Origin: Hormoscilla sp.
Lineage (GTDB): Bacteria; Cyanobacteriota; Cyanobacteriia; Cyanobacteriales; Desertifilaceae
Assembly: GCA_051439505.1 (NCBI GenBank)
Contig: JBFRWI010000231.1
Span: forward strand, 1 to 22,862
Direction: 5' to 3'
DNA: 22,862 nucleotides
Position numbers and translations under genes: made by a program. The notes under the pieces are model-generated. The model was not told the DNA's origin, did not search any database, and saw only the letters and a program-made list of their open reading frames with translations. Position 1 is the stretch's first letter; every line of letters begins with the position of its first letter. Positions 7,800 to 16,977 of this stretch are shown piece by piece.

Positions 7800-8447
7800 A
7801 TGTATTACAGCGAATTCACCCTCGAAGAACTAGAAAGCAAATTTCAACTAACAATTACCGAAGAAGTGCCATTATTTGACACCGTAGAACCAGTCACGCC
7901 GAGTGGACTCTTGAGAGAAACCTTAGCAGAGAACATTCCCCTCGCCTTAGCAGTAGATACAGAAAAAGCCCGATCGGAACTGATCGTCGCGCCAATATTG
8001 GTAGAAATGAGGAAGCAATTCGAGCGTCAAATTAGTGTTTTCTCCGGGACAGAATTTAACGTCGATCGCAGTAAAGGACTCAGCGGGAGATGTGACTTTA
8101 TCATCAGTCATTCTCCCAGGCAGTTGTCCGTGACCGCCCCAGTAGCTACCCTCGTGGAGGCCAAAGATGATAACATAAAATCGGGGATATGCCAGTGCAT
8201 TGCCGAAATGGTAGCAGATCAAATATTTAACCAACAGAAAAATAATCCCATTCCCAGCATCTATGGTATAGTCACAACAGGAAGTATTTGGAAATTTATG
8301 AAATTGGCAGAAAAACAGGTCGCGAACGCTGCGCGAAAAATCGAGCCCGGAGAGCATTTCATCAACAATCTCGAATCCCTGCTGGGCATCCTCTCATATA
8401 TAATCCATACTACTCGTCCCCAAACCCAGGTCGAGAAGCAATCCTAG
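7800..8447 (+). CDS. Cyanobacterial hypothetical protein, restriction-endonuclease-like (HsdR N-terminal-like) fold
   Basis: TEKARSELIVAPIL, GRCDFII, LVEAK, QCIAEM and YGIVTTGSIWKF motifs of a multi-copy cyanobacterial family. Confidence 0.7.
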   Translation: MYYSEFTLEELESKFQLTITEEVPLFDTVEPVTPSGLLRETLAENIPLALAVDTEKARSELIVAPILVEMRKQFERQISVFSGTEFNVDRSKGLSGRCDFIISHSPRQLSVTAPVATLVEAKDDNIKSGICQCIAEMVADQIFNQQKNNPIPSIYGIVTTGSIWKFMKLAEKQVANAARKIEPGEHFINNLESLLGILSYIIHTTRPQTQVEKQS

Positions 8448-8468
8448 GTCATAATAGATAATCCCCCA

Positions 8469-9593
8469 GTGACGAATCAATTCACATTTCAATCTCAGGC
8501 TGAATGCAGCCACACCCAAGCCCGGGCCGGTATTTTTACAACCCCTCATGGCATAGTAGAAACACCCCGTTTCATGCCCGTAGGCACCACCGCCACCGTC
8601 AAAGGCGTCACCTCTGCCCAACTATTAGCAACCGGTGCCCAGATGGTGCTAGCCAATACCTATCACCTCCACATCCAACCCGGAGAAGATTTAATCGCCA
8701 AAGCTGGAGGATTACATAAATTCATGGACTGGAATGGCCCCATCCTCACCGACTCCGGCGGCTTCCAAGTCTTCAGCTTATCTGAGTTACGCACCATCAG
8801 CGAAGAAGGCGTCACCTTTCGTTCACCCCGTGACGGACGGATGATTAACCTCACCCCCGAGCGATCGATCCAGATCCAGAATAAACTGGGGGCAGATGTC
8901 ATCATGGCCTTTGACGAATGTCCCCCCTACCCGGGCACCCGAGAAGCAGTCGAAGCAGCCACATCACGGACCAGACGCTGGCTAGAACGTTGCCTTCAGA
9001 CCCATAAACGTCCAGATCAAGCATTATTTGGCATCATCCAGGGAGGGGTATATCCAGACCTGCGGTCAGCCGCAGCCAAATCCCTAGTAGAATTAGACTT
9101 ACCCGGTTATGCCATCGGTGGCGTCAGCGTCGGCGAACCAGGATCACTCATAGCAAAGATCGTCAAGATAACCGCCCCCTTGCTACCCCCCCACAAGCCC
9201 CGTTATCTCATGGGCATCGGCACCTATCGGGAAATGGCCCAGGCGATCGCCTCCGGAGTAGACCTGTTCGACTGCGTCATACCCACCCGTTTAGCCCGTC
9301 ACGGCGCAGTCTTCGTCCGAGGGGAGCGCTGGAACATCAAAAACGCCCGATTTACCGAAGACTTCGCCCCCCTGGATAGCGAATGTCCCTGCTACACCTG
9401 CCAGCACTTCAGCCGGGCCTACCTGAACCACCTCTGGCGATCTCGCGAACTCCTAGTCTATACCCTACTGTCCATTCACAACCTGACGGAACTAATAAGG
9501 TTCACCCAGAGGATCAGGGATGCCATCATCCGGGACAGCTTCGCCACGGAATTTTCCCACCTGCTTACCCCCGTTCCAGAAAATGTAGTTTAA
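8469..9593 (+). CDS. tgt: Queuine tRNA-ribosyltransferase
   Basis: [37 protein letters not shown] and Zn-binding CPCYTC..H motifs. Confidence 0.97.
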   Translation: MTNQFTFQSQAECSHTQARAGIFTTPHGIVETPRFMPVGTTATVKGVTSAQLLATGAQMVLANTYHLHIQPGEDLIAKAGGLHKFMDWNGPILTDSGGFQVFSLSELRTISEEGVTFRSPRDGRMINLTPERSIQIQNKLGADVIMAFDECPPYPGTREAVEAATSRTRRWLERCLQTHKRPDQALFGIIQGGVYPDLRSAAAKSLVELDLPGYAIGGVSVGEPGSLIAKIVKITAPLLPPHKPRYLMGIGTYREMAQAIASGVDLFDCVIPTRLARHGAVFVRGERWNIKNARFTEDFAPLDSECPCYTCQHFSRAYLNHLWRSRELLVYTLLSIHNLTELIRFTQRIRDAIIRDSFATEFSHLLTPVPENVV

Positions 9594-9674
9594 ATTTGTC
9601 TGAGCTTAACTGAGGAACTATGTTAAAATTTCTTTAAATTATGAGAGCCCCATCTAGGAGAGGTATATTTACAC

Positions 9675-9812
9675 ATGGAAGCAGTGCTGTTCTTGGCCAA
9701 ATTGCCCGAAGCTTACTCAATTTTCAACCCCGTCGTAGACGTTCTGCCTGTTATTCCCCTCTTTTTCTTGCTGCTGGCCTTCGTCTGGCAAGCAGCAGTT
9801 GGGTTTAAATAA
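9675..9812 (+). CDS. psbK: Photosystem II reaction centre protein K (not in the ORF track)
   Basis: Hand translation [48 protein letters not shown] upstream; tgt-psbK adjacency is common in cyanobacteria. Confidence 0.97.
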   Translation: MEAVLFLAKLPEAYSIFNPVVDVLPVIPLFFLLLAFVWQAAVGFK

Positions 9813-9815
9813 GAT

Positions 9816-9954
9816 CCGTTCGTAGTAAACGCTTTAGCGTTTCCCGTTCGTAGTAAACGCTTTAGCGTTTCCCGTTCGTAGTAAACGCTTTAGCGTTTCC
9901 CGTTCGTAGTAAACGCTTTAGCGTTTCCCGTTCGTAGTAAACGCTTTAGCGTTT
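9816..9954. repeat. 28-bp tandem repeat x5 with an internal hairpin
   Basis: Unit CCGTTCGTAGTAAACGCTTTAGCGTTTC containing AAACGCT-TT-AGCGTTT; lies between convergent psbK and GST. Confidence 0.95.
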
Positions 9955-9966
9955 GCCCGATCGCCT

Positions 9967-10524
9967 TTAATCCCGTTTCCCGATCGTCTTCTGGAAAGCC
10001 GGTCGTTCCGAAAGCCGTTTAATGTAATCCGCCACTGCCGGATACTCACTCAAATCCAGCTTTAGCATAATCGGCACGTAGGCCAAAAGGGAACCCACTG
10101 CCGCATCTACTACCGTAAACTCATTTCCCAGCAAAAACGGTTGCCGATCTAAAATATCATTCAGCGGTGGCAGAAGTTGGGACATCGCCCGATCGCGACT
10201 CGCCTCAACAAAAATCCCCGGTCCCAAAGTCGCATTGCCAAATATCACCCACTGTGCTATCTCAGAACGTTTTTCCAGAGACTCTGGCATCTGCCCGTGC
10301 TTTTCCGCCAGATACATGAGACAGGCCCCCGACTCCCAGAGATTAAAATCCCCATCCGCGATCGCCGGCACCTTTCCCATCGGATTGATCGCCAGAAACT
10401 CTGGTTGCCTGTGTTCACCCGCCTTCATATCCAGCAAGACGAACTCGTAAGGGATCTCCAGTTCTTCCAAATACCACTGGACAATCGACGCCCGCGAAAT
10501 CTTACCACCGTATAATTTCAACAT
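9967..10524 (-). CDS. Glutathione S-transferase family protein
   Basis: SRASIVQWYLEEL, EFLAINPMGKVPAI, LWESGAC and FLLGNEFTVVD motifs. Confidence 0.93.
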   Translation of the reverse strand: MLKLYGGKISRASIVQWYLEELEIPYEFVLLDMKAGEHRQPEFLAINPMGKVPAIADGDFNLWESGACLMYLAEKHGQMPESLEKRSEIAQWVIFGNATLGPGIFVEASRDRAMSQLLPPLNDILDRQPFLLGNEFTVVDAAVGSLLAYVPIMLKLDLSEYPAVADYIKRLSERPAFQKTIGKRD

Positions 10525-10525
10525 C

Positions 10526-10993
10526 TTACAAAACCTTGTGAGTATACTCGTGTTGCTTCACATTATCCTCCTTCCGCACAATATTTTCGGCATTCAGCAC
10601 CCGCTTGCGGGCCGTTGAATAGTTAAAATCCTCGCGAATTGTGCCCAGAGGGATGTGTTTTTTCGCACTGGGACGACTCTTATAGCTGCGCGTAGCCGCG
10701 ATCGCCCTGGACGCGAACTCATCTGGAAACTGGGCCGAAGATGGGAACTCCGAAGGTTTTTGCGGAGTTTCACCGGTTAGCACCCTGCCCAAAGTCGTTC
10801 CGCAAGCCATTTTATAGGAAGTTGGAATCCCCTTCACAATAGCTTCCAGGGCCGCCGAAGGTATCGGTTCCACCACCTTCACCTCATGGACCTCTCCCTC
10901 TTCCTTAATGAAACAGGTAGCCAAGCCCACCACCAAATAGTCATCTTCAGACAGTTCTGGAGCCTTTACATATACCACTGTACTTGTCATCAC
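10526..10993 (-). CDS. Conserved cyanobacterial hypothetical protein
   Basis: DDYLVVGLATCF, VEPIPSA and DNVKQHEYTHKVL; stop lies 1 nt from the GST start, suggesting an operon. Confidence 0.8.
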   Translation of the reverse strand: MMTSTVVYVKAPELSEDDYLVVGLATCFIKEEGEVHEVKVVEPIPSAALEAIVKGIPTSYKMACGTTLGRVLTGETPQKPSEFPSSAQFPDEFASRAIAATRSYKSRPSAKKHIPLGTIREDFNYSTARKRVLNAENIVRKEDNVKQHEYTHKVL

Positions 10994-11344
10994 AATCCGA
11001 CCTTATCGCTTGCTGAATCCCAAATTCTCTAGCCTTTTACATATTACTACTCACTCATCCTTGTGACAATTAAGCTACTGGCACAATCTCACCGGGGCGG
11101 GCCCCCTGAGAGCCAATTTCCAGCTCAATTGAACTTAAGAGCAATAATACACGTCCCTAAACAGGTCACCTCTTGCCCGAACTATCTCTGGAATCAAGAT
11201 GCCCTTGACCGTATAATTTATTATTGGCGGCATCTTTGGGGCCACAGCCAGCAACCACTTCCAATACTGACACAAGGTCTATTCCGGGTGGCACGAGCAA
11301 GAAATAGGGTAAATGTATTCAGCCCATTATTCACCCAACAGCAA

Positions 11345-12103
11345 ATGAACGACAACTCCCCTAGAACTGCCAATGGTAAGATTTTTGCCGCCACAACCCA
11401 AGGACTATTTCCTCTAACAGCCGACGGACTGAAAATCCGCCGTCTGAGGCGCTTCCTCTATCCTGTCAAGCAGCATCAATCACACTATACCAGTCTACTA
11501 GAAGAATCCTTGCGGCGTCAAGCCAAAGCCAAAGCTGCCGCTGGCAATTACTCCGCCGCCATTGATATTCTCACCGCCGCAATTGCCATCCATCCCCAGA
11601 ATGCCATCAACTATAACAATCGCGGCCTCATCTATTTTCAGAGCGGTCAACAGCAAAAAGCCCTCGCCGATTATACCAAAGCCCTACAACTCAATCCCCA
11701 GCTATCTGAGGCTTACAATAACCGAGCTAATTATTACGCTGCTCATCAACAACTAGAGATGGCTCTAAGTGACTATGACCAAGCCATCGATCTCAATCCT
11801 TTCAATATCCGCGCCTGGATCAACCGGGGAATTACTTACCGTCATCTGGGCATGTACGACCTCTCCCTCGATAACCTGGACTTCGCCTTAAGGATGGGAC
11901 GCCTTGAAGCTCAGATTTACGCTGAACGCGGTCGCACTTATCATCTTATGGGTGATTGGAACTGCGCGATCGCCGACTATCAGAGTTCCCTGGCTAAACT
12001 CAACTCCCCTGCTAACAGCCCCGATTTATCCGGAACGGTAGCCCGTCAGAGTCGCCGGGTAGAAGCCTGGTTAAACGACTTACTCCAACCTCTATTAACT
12101 TAA
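11345..12103 (+). CDS. TPR-repeat protein (ORF extends upstream to 11063; likely start ATG 11345)
   Basis: Multiple TPRs: YNNRGLIYF, AYNNRANYY, AWINRGITY, IYAERGRTY. Confidence 0.85.
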   Translation: MNDNSPRTANGKIFAATTQGLFPLTADGLKIRRLRRFLYPVKQHQSHYTSLLEESLRRQAKAKAAAGNYSAAIDILTAAIAIHPQNAINYNNRGLIYFQSGQQQKALADYTKALQLNPQLSEAYNNRANYYAAHQQLEMALSDYDQAIDLNPFNIRAWINRGITYRHLGMYDLSLDNLDFALRMGRLEAQIYAERGRTYHLMGDWNCAIADYQSSLAKLNSPANSPDLSGTVARQSRRVEAWLNDLLQPLLT

Positions 12104-12106
12104 AAC

Positions 12107-12249
12107 AGTTGTTAGTTGTTAGTTGTTAGTTGTTAGTTGTTAGTTGTTAGTTGTTAGTTGTTAGTTGACCACCGGCCACTGACCACTGACCACTGACCAC
12201 TGACCACTGGCTACTGACCAGTGGCCACTGACCACTGGCCACTGACTAC
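12107..12249. repeat. Heptamer STRR tracts: (AGTTGTT)x8 followed by (TGACCAC)-type repeats
   Basis: Directly visible; fills the gap between two convergent genes. Confidence 0.95.
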
Positions 12250-12710
12250 TTATTTTCCTCTATCAGAACGATCGGGCGGCGTTGGGGGGCAACTCGGTAA
12301 CTTTCCTCCTGCATCACCGTTTTCGCCTGCCCTGGATCGAAAGCCCGGTTAAATTCCCTTTGCCAGCGGTTTACACGTTCTTCTGTACGCTTCACTTCTG
12401 TTTGCATTACCCTTGACCTTTCCCGTACAGACTGATATAACGGCAATAGACGCACCAGCCCGGAAACTGCTGCTACCGCCAGTACCAAAGAAACTCCTAG
12501 CTTAGCAGTTGCTTCTAGGGCCCTATTCCTTTGGCCCCTCATGCTATTCTGGCCGACCCGCTCTTTTCTACCTGAGTGTTTTGCCTGCTTGAGCGTCGTG
12601 CTCTTGTTTTTTCTCGCCACGCTCAAGTCTACACTTCGGGGGGGTTTTTCTGGTCGCTGTCGCTCTTCTGGCATCATAATAGATAGATTGTCTACCCTGC
12701 TAGTAGACAA
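12246..12710 (-). CDS. Hypothetical single-TM coiled-coil protein (slr1601-like, FtsL/FtsB-like architecture)
   Basis: Basic N-terminus, TM segment LGVSLVLAVAAVSGLVRLLP, then a coiled coil and FDPGQAKTVMQE; lies downstream of psaM. True start uncertain. Confidence 0.65.
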   Translation of the reverse strand: MSTSRVDNLSIMMPEERQRPEKPPRSVDLSVARKNKSTTLKQAKHSGRKERVGQNSMRGQRNRALEATAKLGVSLVLAVAAVSGLVRLLPLYQSVRERSRVMQTEVKRTEERVNRWQREFNRAFDPGQAKTVMQEESYRVAPQRRPIVLIEENK

Positions 12711-12776
12711 TCTACCACACCAACTGCGGCGATCGCCCAGGGTGCGATCCCCAGGCGACCAACTTCACCAGGCCCC

Positions 12777-12872
12777 CTACTTGTAAAGTTCTATTCCCAG
12801 CCGGTACATCCAATAGAACGGAATCAATGCAATCACTAGAGCTGCGTAGACTTGAACATCCGATAGAGTCAT
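12777..12872 (-). CDS. psaM: Photosystem I subunit XII (not in the ORF track)
   Basis: Hand translation MTLSDVQVYAALVIALIPFYWMYRLGIELYK; AGGAG RBS at 12883-12887 on the minus strand. Confidence 0.9.
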   Translation of the reverse strand: MTLSDVQVYAALVIALIPFYWMYRLGIELYK

Positions 12873-13010
12873 GGTTGTTGAACTCCTGAACACAATGGTA
12901 GTTTTTCCCACTTTCCGTCAAGTTGAGCAAAATAGGAAGGGGTTTGTTACAAAACTTAATATTCTCCGCCGTTTAACCGGTTGGGAAGACTAAACAGGGG
13001 GTAAGTAGTT

Positions 13011-13186
13011 GGGTGTGGTCAAAACCCGTCGATCTAACGGGCGGCCCTCCCAGTCGCCGGATCCCCCCAAACCCCCCTTAAAAGGGGGGCTTACCTTAGC
13101 CCCCCCCCTCGTTACGAGGCTCTGCCTTGTAACGGAAGGGGGGGTTTGGGGGGGGATCGCAACCAACTCTCTGCATGACCACACCC
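13011..13186. mobile_element. MITE-like element, copy 1
   Basis: Terminal IR GGGTGTGGTCA / TGACCACACCC; internal GATCCCCCCAAACCCCCC..GGGGGGTTTGGGGGGGGATC hairpin; homologous to 16826-16977. Confidence 0.8.
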
Positions 13187-13394
13187 ACCTCAGAGAGCTT
13201 CAAATTATTACAGAGCAAGGGTTATAGCCTTGTTGACTAAAAGTTAAAATATAAAAATGATTTTGCACGACTACTTATGACGCTATGCCGCATTTTGCCA
13301 GTTTCGGCGCGGCCAGAGCGGTGGAAGTTACTCCCTCAAAGAGTTTGGGAATCTTCAAGTCTTGAGCGCAAAGCCTAAATAGAGAAAAGAGATA

Positions 13395-13425
13395 TTGACA
13401 TTTGTCAAGGTAGACGATCTATAAT
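13395..13425 (+). promoter_or_regulatory. Putative phoU promoter with a palindrome over the -35
   Basis: TTGACA-TT-TGTCAA at 13395-13408; TATAAT at 13420-13425 (19-nt spacer). Confidence 0.45.
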
Positions 13426-13546
13426 ATACAAATTGACAGAGCCCGGACGATGGTGGCCGATGTTTAGTGGTAAAACTAGAGGACAGGCTGGTCGCTAGAC
13501 CAGGAATTGTATAGATCCCGGTTGTATATGACGCACTCATGACTAA

Positions 13547-14233
13547 TTGGAGTTAAAGCGAATGGAAGCTCCTGTGCCAGCTCCAAGAGTAATCACCAGA
13601 ACTAGCTTGGCTCGCCAGCTGATAAATTTACAGCGGGACGTATTACGCATGGGAGCGCTGGTAGAAAAGTCATGCTGGCTGGCCCGTAAAGCTATATGCG
13701 ATCGGGATTTGGCGGCGGCCAAAGAGATCGCCCTGCAAGATAAACGGATAGATCGATTTTATCGAGAAATTGAACTGGACTGCGTCAGCACGATGGCACT
13801 CCAGGCACCAGTTACCCAAGATTTGCGGTTGATTAGTGCCATGATGCAGCTAGTACGAGATCTGGAGCGCATTGGAGATTATGCTAAGGATTTAGGCGAA
13901 ATCGCAGTGAAACTGTTTGCTTATCCCCCTCATGAGTGCATGGGCAAAATTCAGGTGATGTTAGACAGAACTCAAGCTATGCTGGCAATGAGTTTAAGGG
14001 CCCTGTCGGATCTAGATGCTCAAGTGGGTCTAGAAGTTAAAGTTAAAGATGATGCGGTAGATTCAGACTACGAAACCATCTATAACGAACTGGCCAATCA
14101 AAAGGATATTCAGGGGGTGGTGGAACGGACTATGCTACTGGTGTTAGTCATCCGTCACTTGGAACGCATGGCAGACCATGCTACTAATATTGGACAACGA
14201 GTGGCTTACATTGTCACGGGTCAGCGCCATTGA
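13547..14233 (+). CDS. phoU: Phosphate signalling complex protein PhoU
   Basis: LQAPVTQDLR, DLERIGDYAKD and LERMADHATNI; start is TTG 13547 or ATG 13562. Confidence 0.95.
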   Translation: MELKRMEAPVPAPRVITRTSLARQLINLQRDVLRMGALVEKSCWLARKAICDRDLAAAKEIALQDKRIDRFYREIELDCVSTMALQAPVTQDLRLISAMMQLVRDLERIGDYAKDLGEIAVKLFAYPPHECMGKIQVMLDRTQAMLAMSLRALSDLDAQVGLEVKVKDDAVDSDYETIYNELANQKDIQGVVERTMLLVLVIRHLERMADHATNIGQRVAYIVTGQRH

Positions 14234-14496
14234 CCCGATCGCCTCGGGAAGTGCCTTGAGGGTCGCGATCGTCCGCCATGATTGTCCAGTCCCCTCCAAG
14301 TGTGAATGGACATCGATATCGCCCCGGAGTCTATCATCTCCGTAACTTTCAAGAGATGGTGACATGGATACGGAAGTGGCCATGACGAGACGTAATTAGC
14401 TGACGATATCACTTGAGACGGGATAAGATCCTATCGTTTCACCTCTGTCAAGTGATATCTGATTGATAATAATTTAAGGAGAGGAAAGATCGCTGC

Positions 14497-16773
14497 ATGG
14501 AATTTTCAATCGCAACATTGCTATCGAATTTTGAAGATGAAAAATTGGTAGCGCCTAAGGTTTTGGAGAAAAAACTGGGTGCTACCGAAGATGAAAGTCT
14601 GCGCAAACTGCAAATTGTCTTAGATGCCCTAGAAAGAATTGGGATTTTAGCCAAAGAGCGTGGCAGATATAAAAGGGTGCATGACACGCAATCCTTAGTC
14701 GAAGGCAAACTCCGCTGTTCGAGCAAGGGTTTTTGCTTTGCTATTCAAGATGCGGAAGACACTGAAGATATATACATCCGCGAAAGCAATCTCTCTACAG
14801 CATGGAACGGCGATCGGGTATTGGTGAAGATCCTCAAAGAAGGCAGTCGCCGACGCTCTCCAGAAGGAGAAGTACAGCTAATCCTCGACCGAGCAATTAC
14901 TTCGGTGCTGGGACGGGTGAAGCGTGCAAACGGGGATTACAAAGCGGTGCCCCTGGATGACCGGCTGCTGTTTGAACTGGACATTAAATCAGCAGAGGAC
15001 CAAGAGCTGGAAAAGGCAATAGAGCACCTGGTACATGTGGAAATCCTTCGCTATCCTCTCGGTCAGCATCCCCCTATAGGCAGAGTTACTCAAATCCTGG
15101 GTAGCAATGCTGAAGAAGCAGCCGATACGGAAATAGTCCGCTGCAAACATAACTTGCCCAAAGAGTTTCCCCCTCAGGTCTTAGAAGCTGCGGCTCTGGA
15201 AATGGCCCCGCCGGGAGCGGAGGAAAACCGGCGGGATTTGCGCCAGCAGCTGACAATCACGATCAAACCAGAAGCCTCTCAGGAGAGTCGCTCCGATACT
15301 TTAGATGATGCCATCAGCCTGGAGCAAACGGAAGCGGGCTCTTGGCGCGTGGGGGTTCACATTGCGGATGTGGCTGAGTATATCCTACCAGATGAGCCTC
15401 TAGACCAGGAAGCAGAAAAGCGGGGTGCCTCGGTATATTTGGGGGAAAAGGTGCTGCCGATGCTGCCAGAGGCGGTGGCTTCTCAATGCTGTCTGGTGCC
15501 AGAAGCAGATAGATTAGCTGTGTCTGTATTCTTGACCATTGACAGTGAAGGGCAGTTGATTGAGTTTGAGTTGCAACCGACAATCGTGCGAGTTGATTAC
15601 CAGTTGTCTTATCAGCAGGTAAAAGAAATTATTAATCAAGAGACTGACTCATTTCCGCCCGATGTAGTTGAAACCTTGTCCCAGCTGTTGGGATTGACTC
15701 AGGGATTGAGAGAACAGCGTCTGAAAAGGGGTTCCTTCGATCTGAATTTGCCCGACAAAAAATTTCACTATGATGATGAGGGCACCTTAGGAGCTTTGAT
15801 AGTCTCGCCCCAACTGCCAGAGAGATCGATCGTTACGGAGTTGATGATTCTGGCAAACCAGGTGGTGGCAACCCATTTACAGGCCCTATCTTTGCCGTTG
15901 ATTTACCGCGTACATCCAACTCCTCATATGGAAGAGGTGCAGGAGTTGATTAAGTTGGCGGGTAATTTGGAGATTGCACTGGAACTGGCAGAAGAAGATG
16001 TGGTGACGCCGGCGGATTATCAAGCTTTCACCAGGGTGTTTGCTCAGTCGGAGGCCCAAAAGGTACTGACTAATATTTTGATGTCTACTTTGAAGCCGGC
16101 GGCTTACAGCACTACCCCTAAACCTCATTTTGGACTGGCCCTGGATGAGGCATACACTCACTTTACCTCTCCTCTACAGCGTTACTGCGATCTGCTGGTT
16201 CACCGGATATTGCATGCGGTGTTCGAGCAGGGACGCGATCGCCGTACCAGTCGTACTAAAGAAAGTGTTAACCTGCGTCACAGCAGTTGCCACGATAAAA
16301 TTAACTGGAAGGTTCTCCCCCCAGACATCCTTCAGGACTTCGAGGAGCACTTTACACAGATTGCGGCTCACTTGAGTGAGAAAGAAAGGATCGCCCAAGA
16401 AGCCCAAGAGGACTTGGAAGGTCTGCAAAAAGCGGAATTTATGAAGGCACATACAGGGGAGATCTTCCGTGGGGTGATTACTGGGGTCCAGTCCTACGGT
16501 TTCTTTGTGGAGCTAGAGGATGTATTGGTAGAAGGACTGGTACATGTAAGCTCCTTGAAAGATGACTGGTATGAATATCGCTCCCGGCAACAAATGCTGG
16601 TGGGTCGCAAAAACCACAATCAATACCGACTGGGTTCGCGGGTGGAGGTGCAGGTGAAAAGCGTTGACTATTACCGCCAGCAAATTGACCTGATTGCCGT
16701 GAGTGGGGGCAGCATGTGTACGGATTGGGAGGATGACCCTGACGACCTCGAACCCTATGAATATGAAGATTAG
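14497..16773 (+). CDS. rnr: RNase II/R (RNB) family protein, cyanobacterial Zam-like
   Basis: CSD (KGFCFA), LDDAIS, VHIADVA, HFGLA, HFTSPLQRYCDLLVHR and a C-terminal S1 domain (EGLVHVSSL). Confidence 0.88.
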   Translation: MEFSIATLLSNFEDEKLVAPKVLEKKLGATEDESLRKLQIVLDALERIGILAKERGRYKRVHDTQSLVEGKLRCSSKGFCFAIQDAEDTEDIYIRESNLSTAWNGDRVLVKILKEGSRRRSPEGEVQLILDRAITSVLGRVKRANGDYKAVPLDDRLLFELDIKSAEDQELEKAIEHLVHVEILRYPLGQHPPIGRVTQILGSNAEEAADTEIVRCKHNLPKEFPPQVLEAAALEMAPPGAEENRRDLRQQLTITIKPEASQESRSDTLDDAISLEQTEAGSWRVGVHIADVAEYILPDEPLDQEAEKRGASVYLGEKVLPMLPEAVASQCCLVPEADRLAVSVFLTIDSEGQLIEFELQPTIVRVDYQLSYQQVKEIINQETDSFPPDVVETLSQLLGLTQGLREQRLKRGSFDLNLPDKKFHYDDEGTLGALIVSPQLPERSIVTELMILANQVVATHLQALSLPLIYRVHPTPHMEEVQELIKLAGNLEIALELAEEDVVTPADYQAFTRVFAQSEAQKVLTNILMSTLKPAAYSTTPKPHFGLALDEAYTHFTSPLQRYCDLLVHRILHAVFEQGRDRRTSRTKESVNLRHSSCHDKINWKVLPPDILQDFEEHFTQIAAHLSEKERIAQEAQEDLEGLQKAEFMKAHTGEIFRGVITGVQSYGFFVELEDVLVEGLVHVSSLKDDWYEYRSRQQMLVGRKNHNQYRLGSRVEVQVKSVDYYRQQIDLIAVSGGSMCTDWEDDPDDLEPYEYED

Positions 16774-16774
16774 A

Positions 16775-16825
16775 GTTGTCAGTTGATAGTTGTTAGTTGT
16801 CAATTGTTAGTTGTTAGTTGTCAGT
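16775..16825. repeat. Heptamer STRR tract (AGTTGTY)
   Basis: About 7 degenerate copies; the tract resumes after the MITE at 16978. Confidence 0.85.
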
Positions 16826-16977
16826 GGGTGTGGTCATGCATTTGTTGTAGCCCGATCCCCCCAAACCCCCCCTTCCAAAAGGGGGGGCCTCCGGAAACCC
16901 CCCAATAAAGGGGGGTTTGGGGGGATCGGTGCGACTGTCCGGGCCGCCCGTTAGATCGACGGTGTTTGACCACACCC
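16826..16977. mobile_element. MITE-like element, copy 2 (inverted relative to copy 1)
   Basis: Same 11-bp TIRs; contains CCGTTAGATCGACGG, the reverse complement of copy 1's CCGTCGATCTAACGG; flanked by GTTGTCAGT on both sides. Confidence 0.8.

Noticed and set aside
9816..9954. 28-bp repeat as a CRISPR array
   Set aside because: It is a pure tandem repeat with no spacers.
11063..11344. N-terminal extension of the TPR ORF
   Set aside because: It starts 70 nt from a divergent gene, has no recognisable domain and probably spans promoter DNA; ATG 11345 is more plausible.
12712..13227. ORFs 12712-12930, 12990-13184 and 13009-13227
   Set aside because: The first overlaps psaM out of frame; the others are MITE translations.
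12880..13546. oriC at the skew switch
   Set aside because: No cluster of DnaA boxes is visible and there is no dnaA/dnaN nearby.
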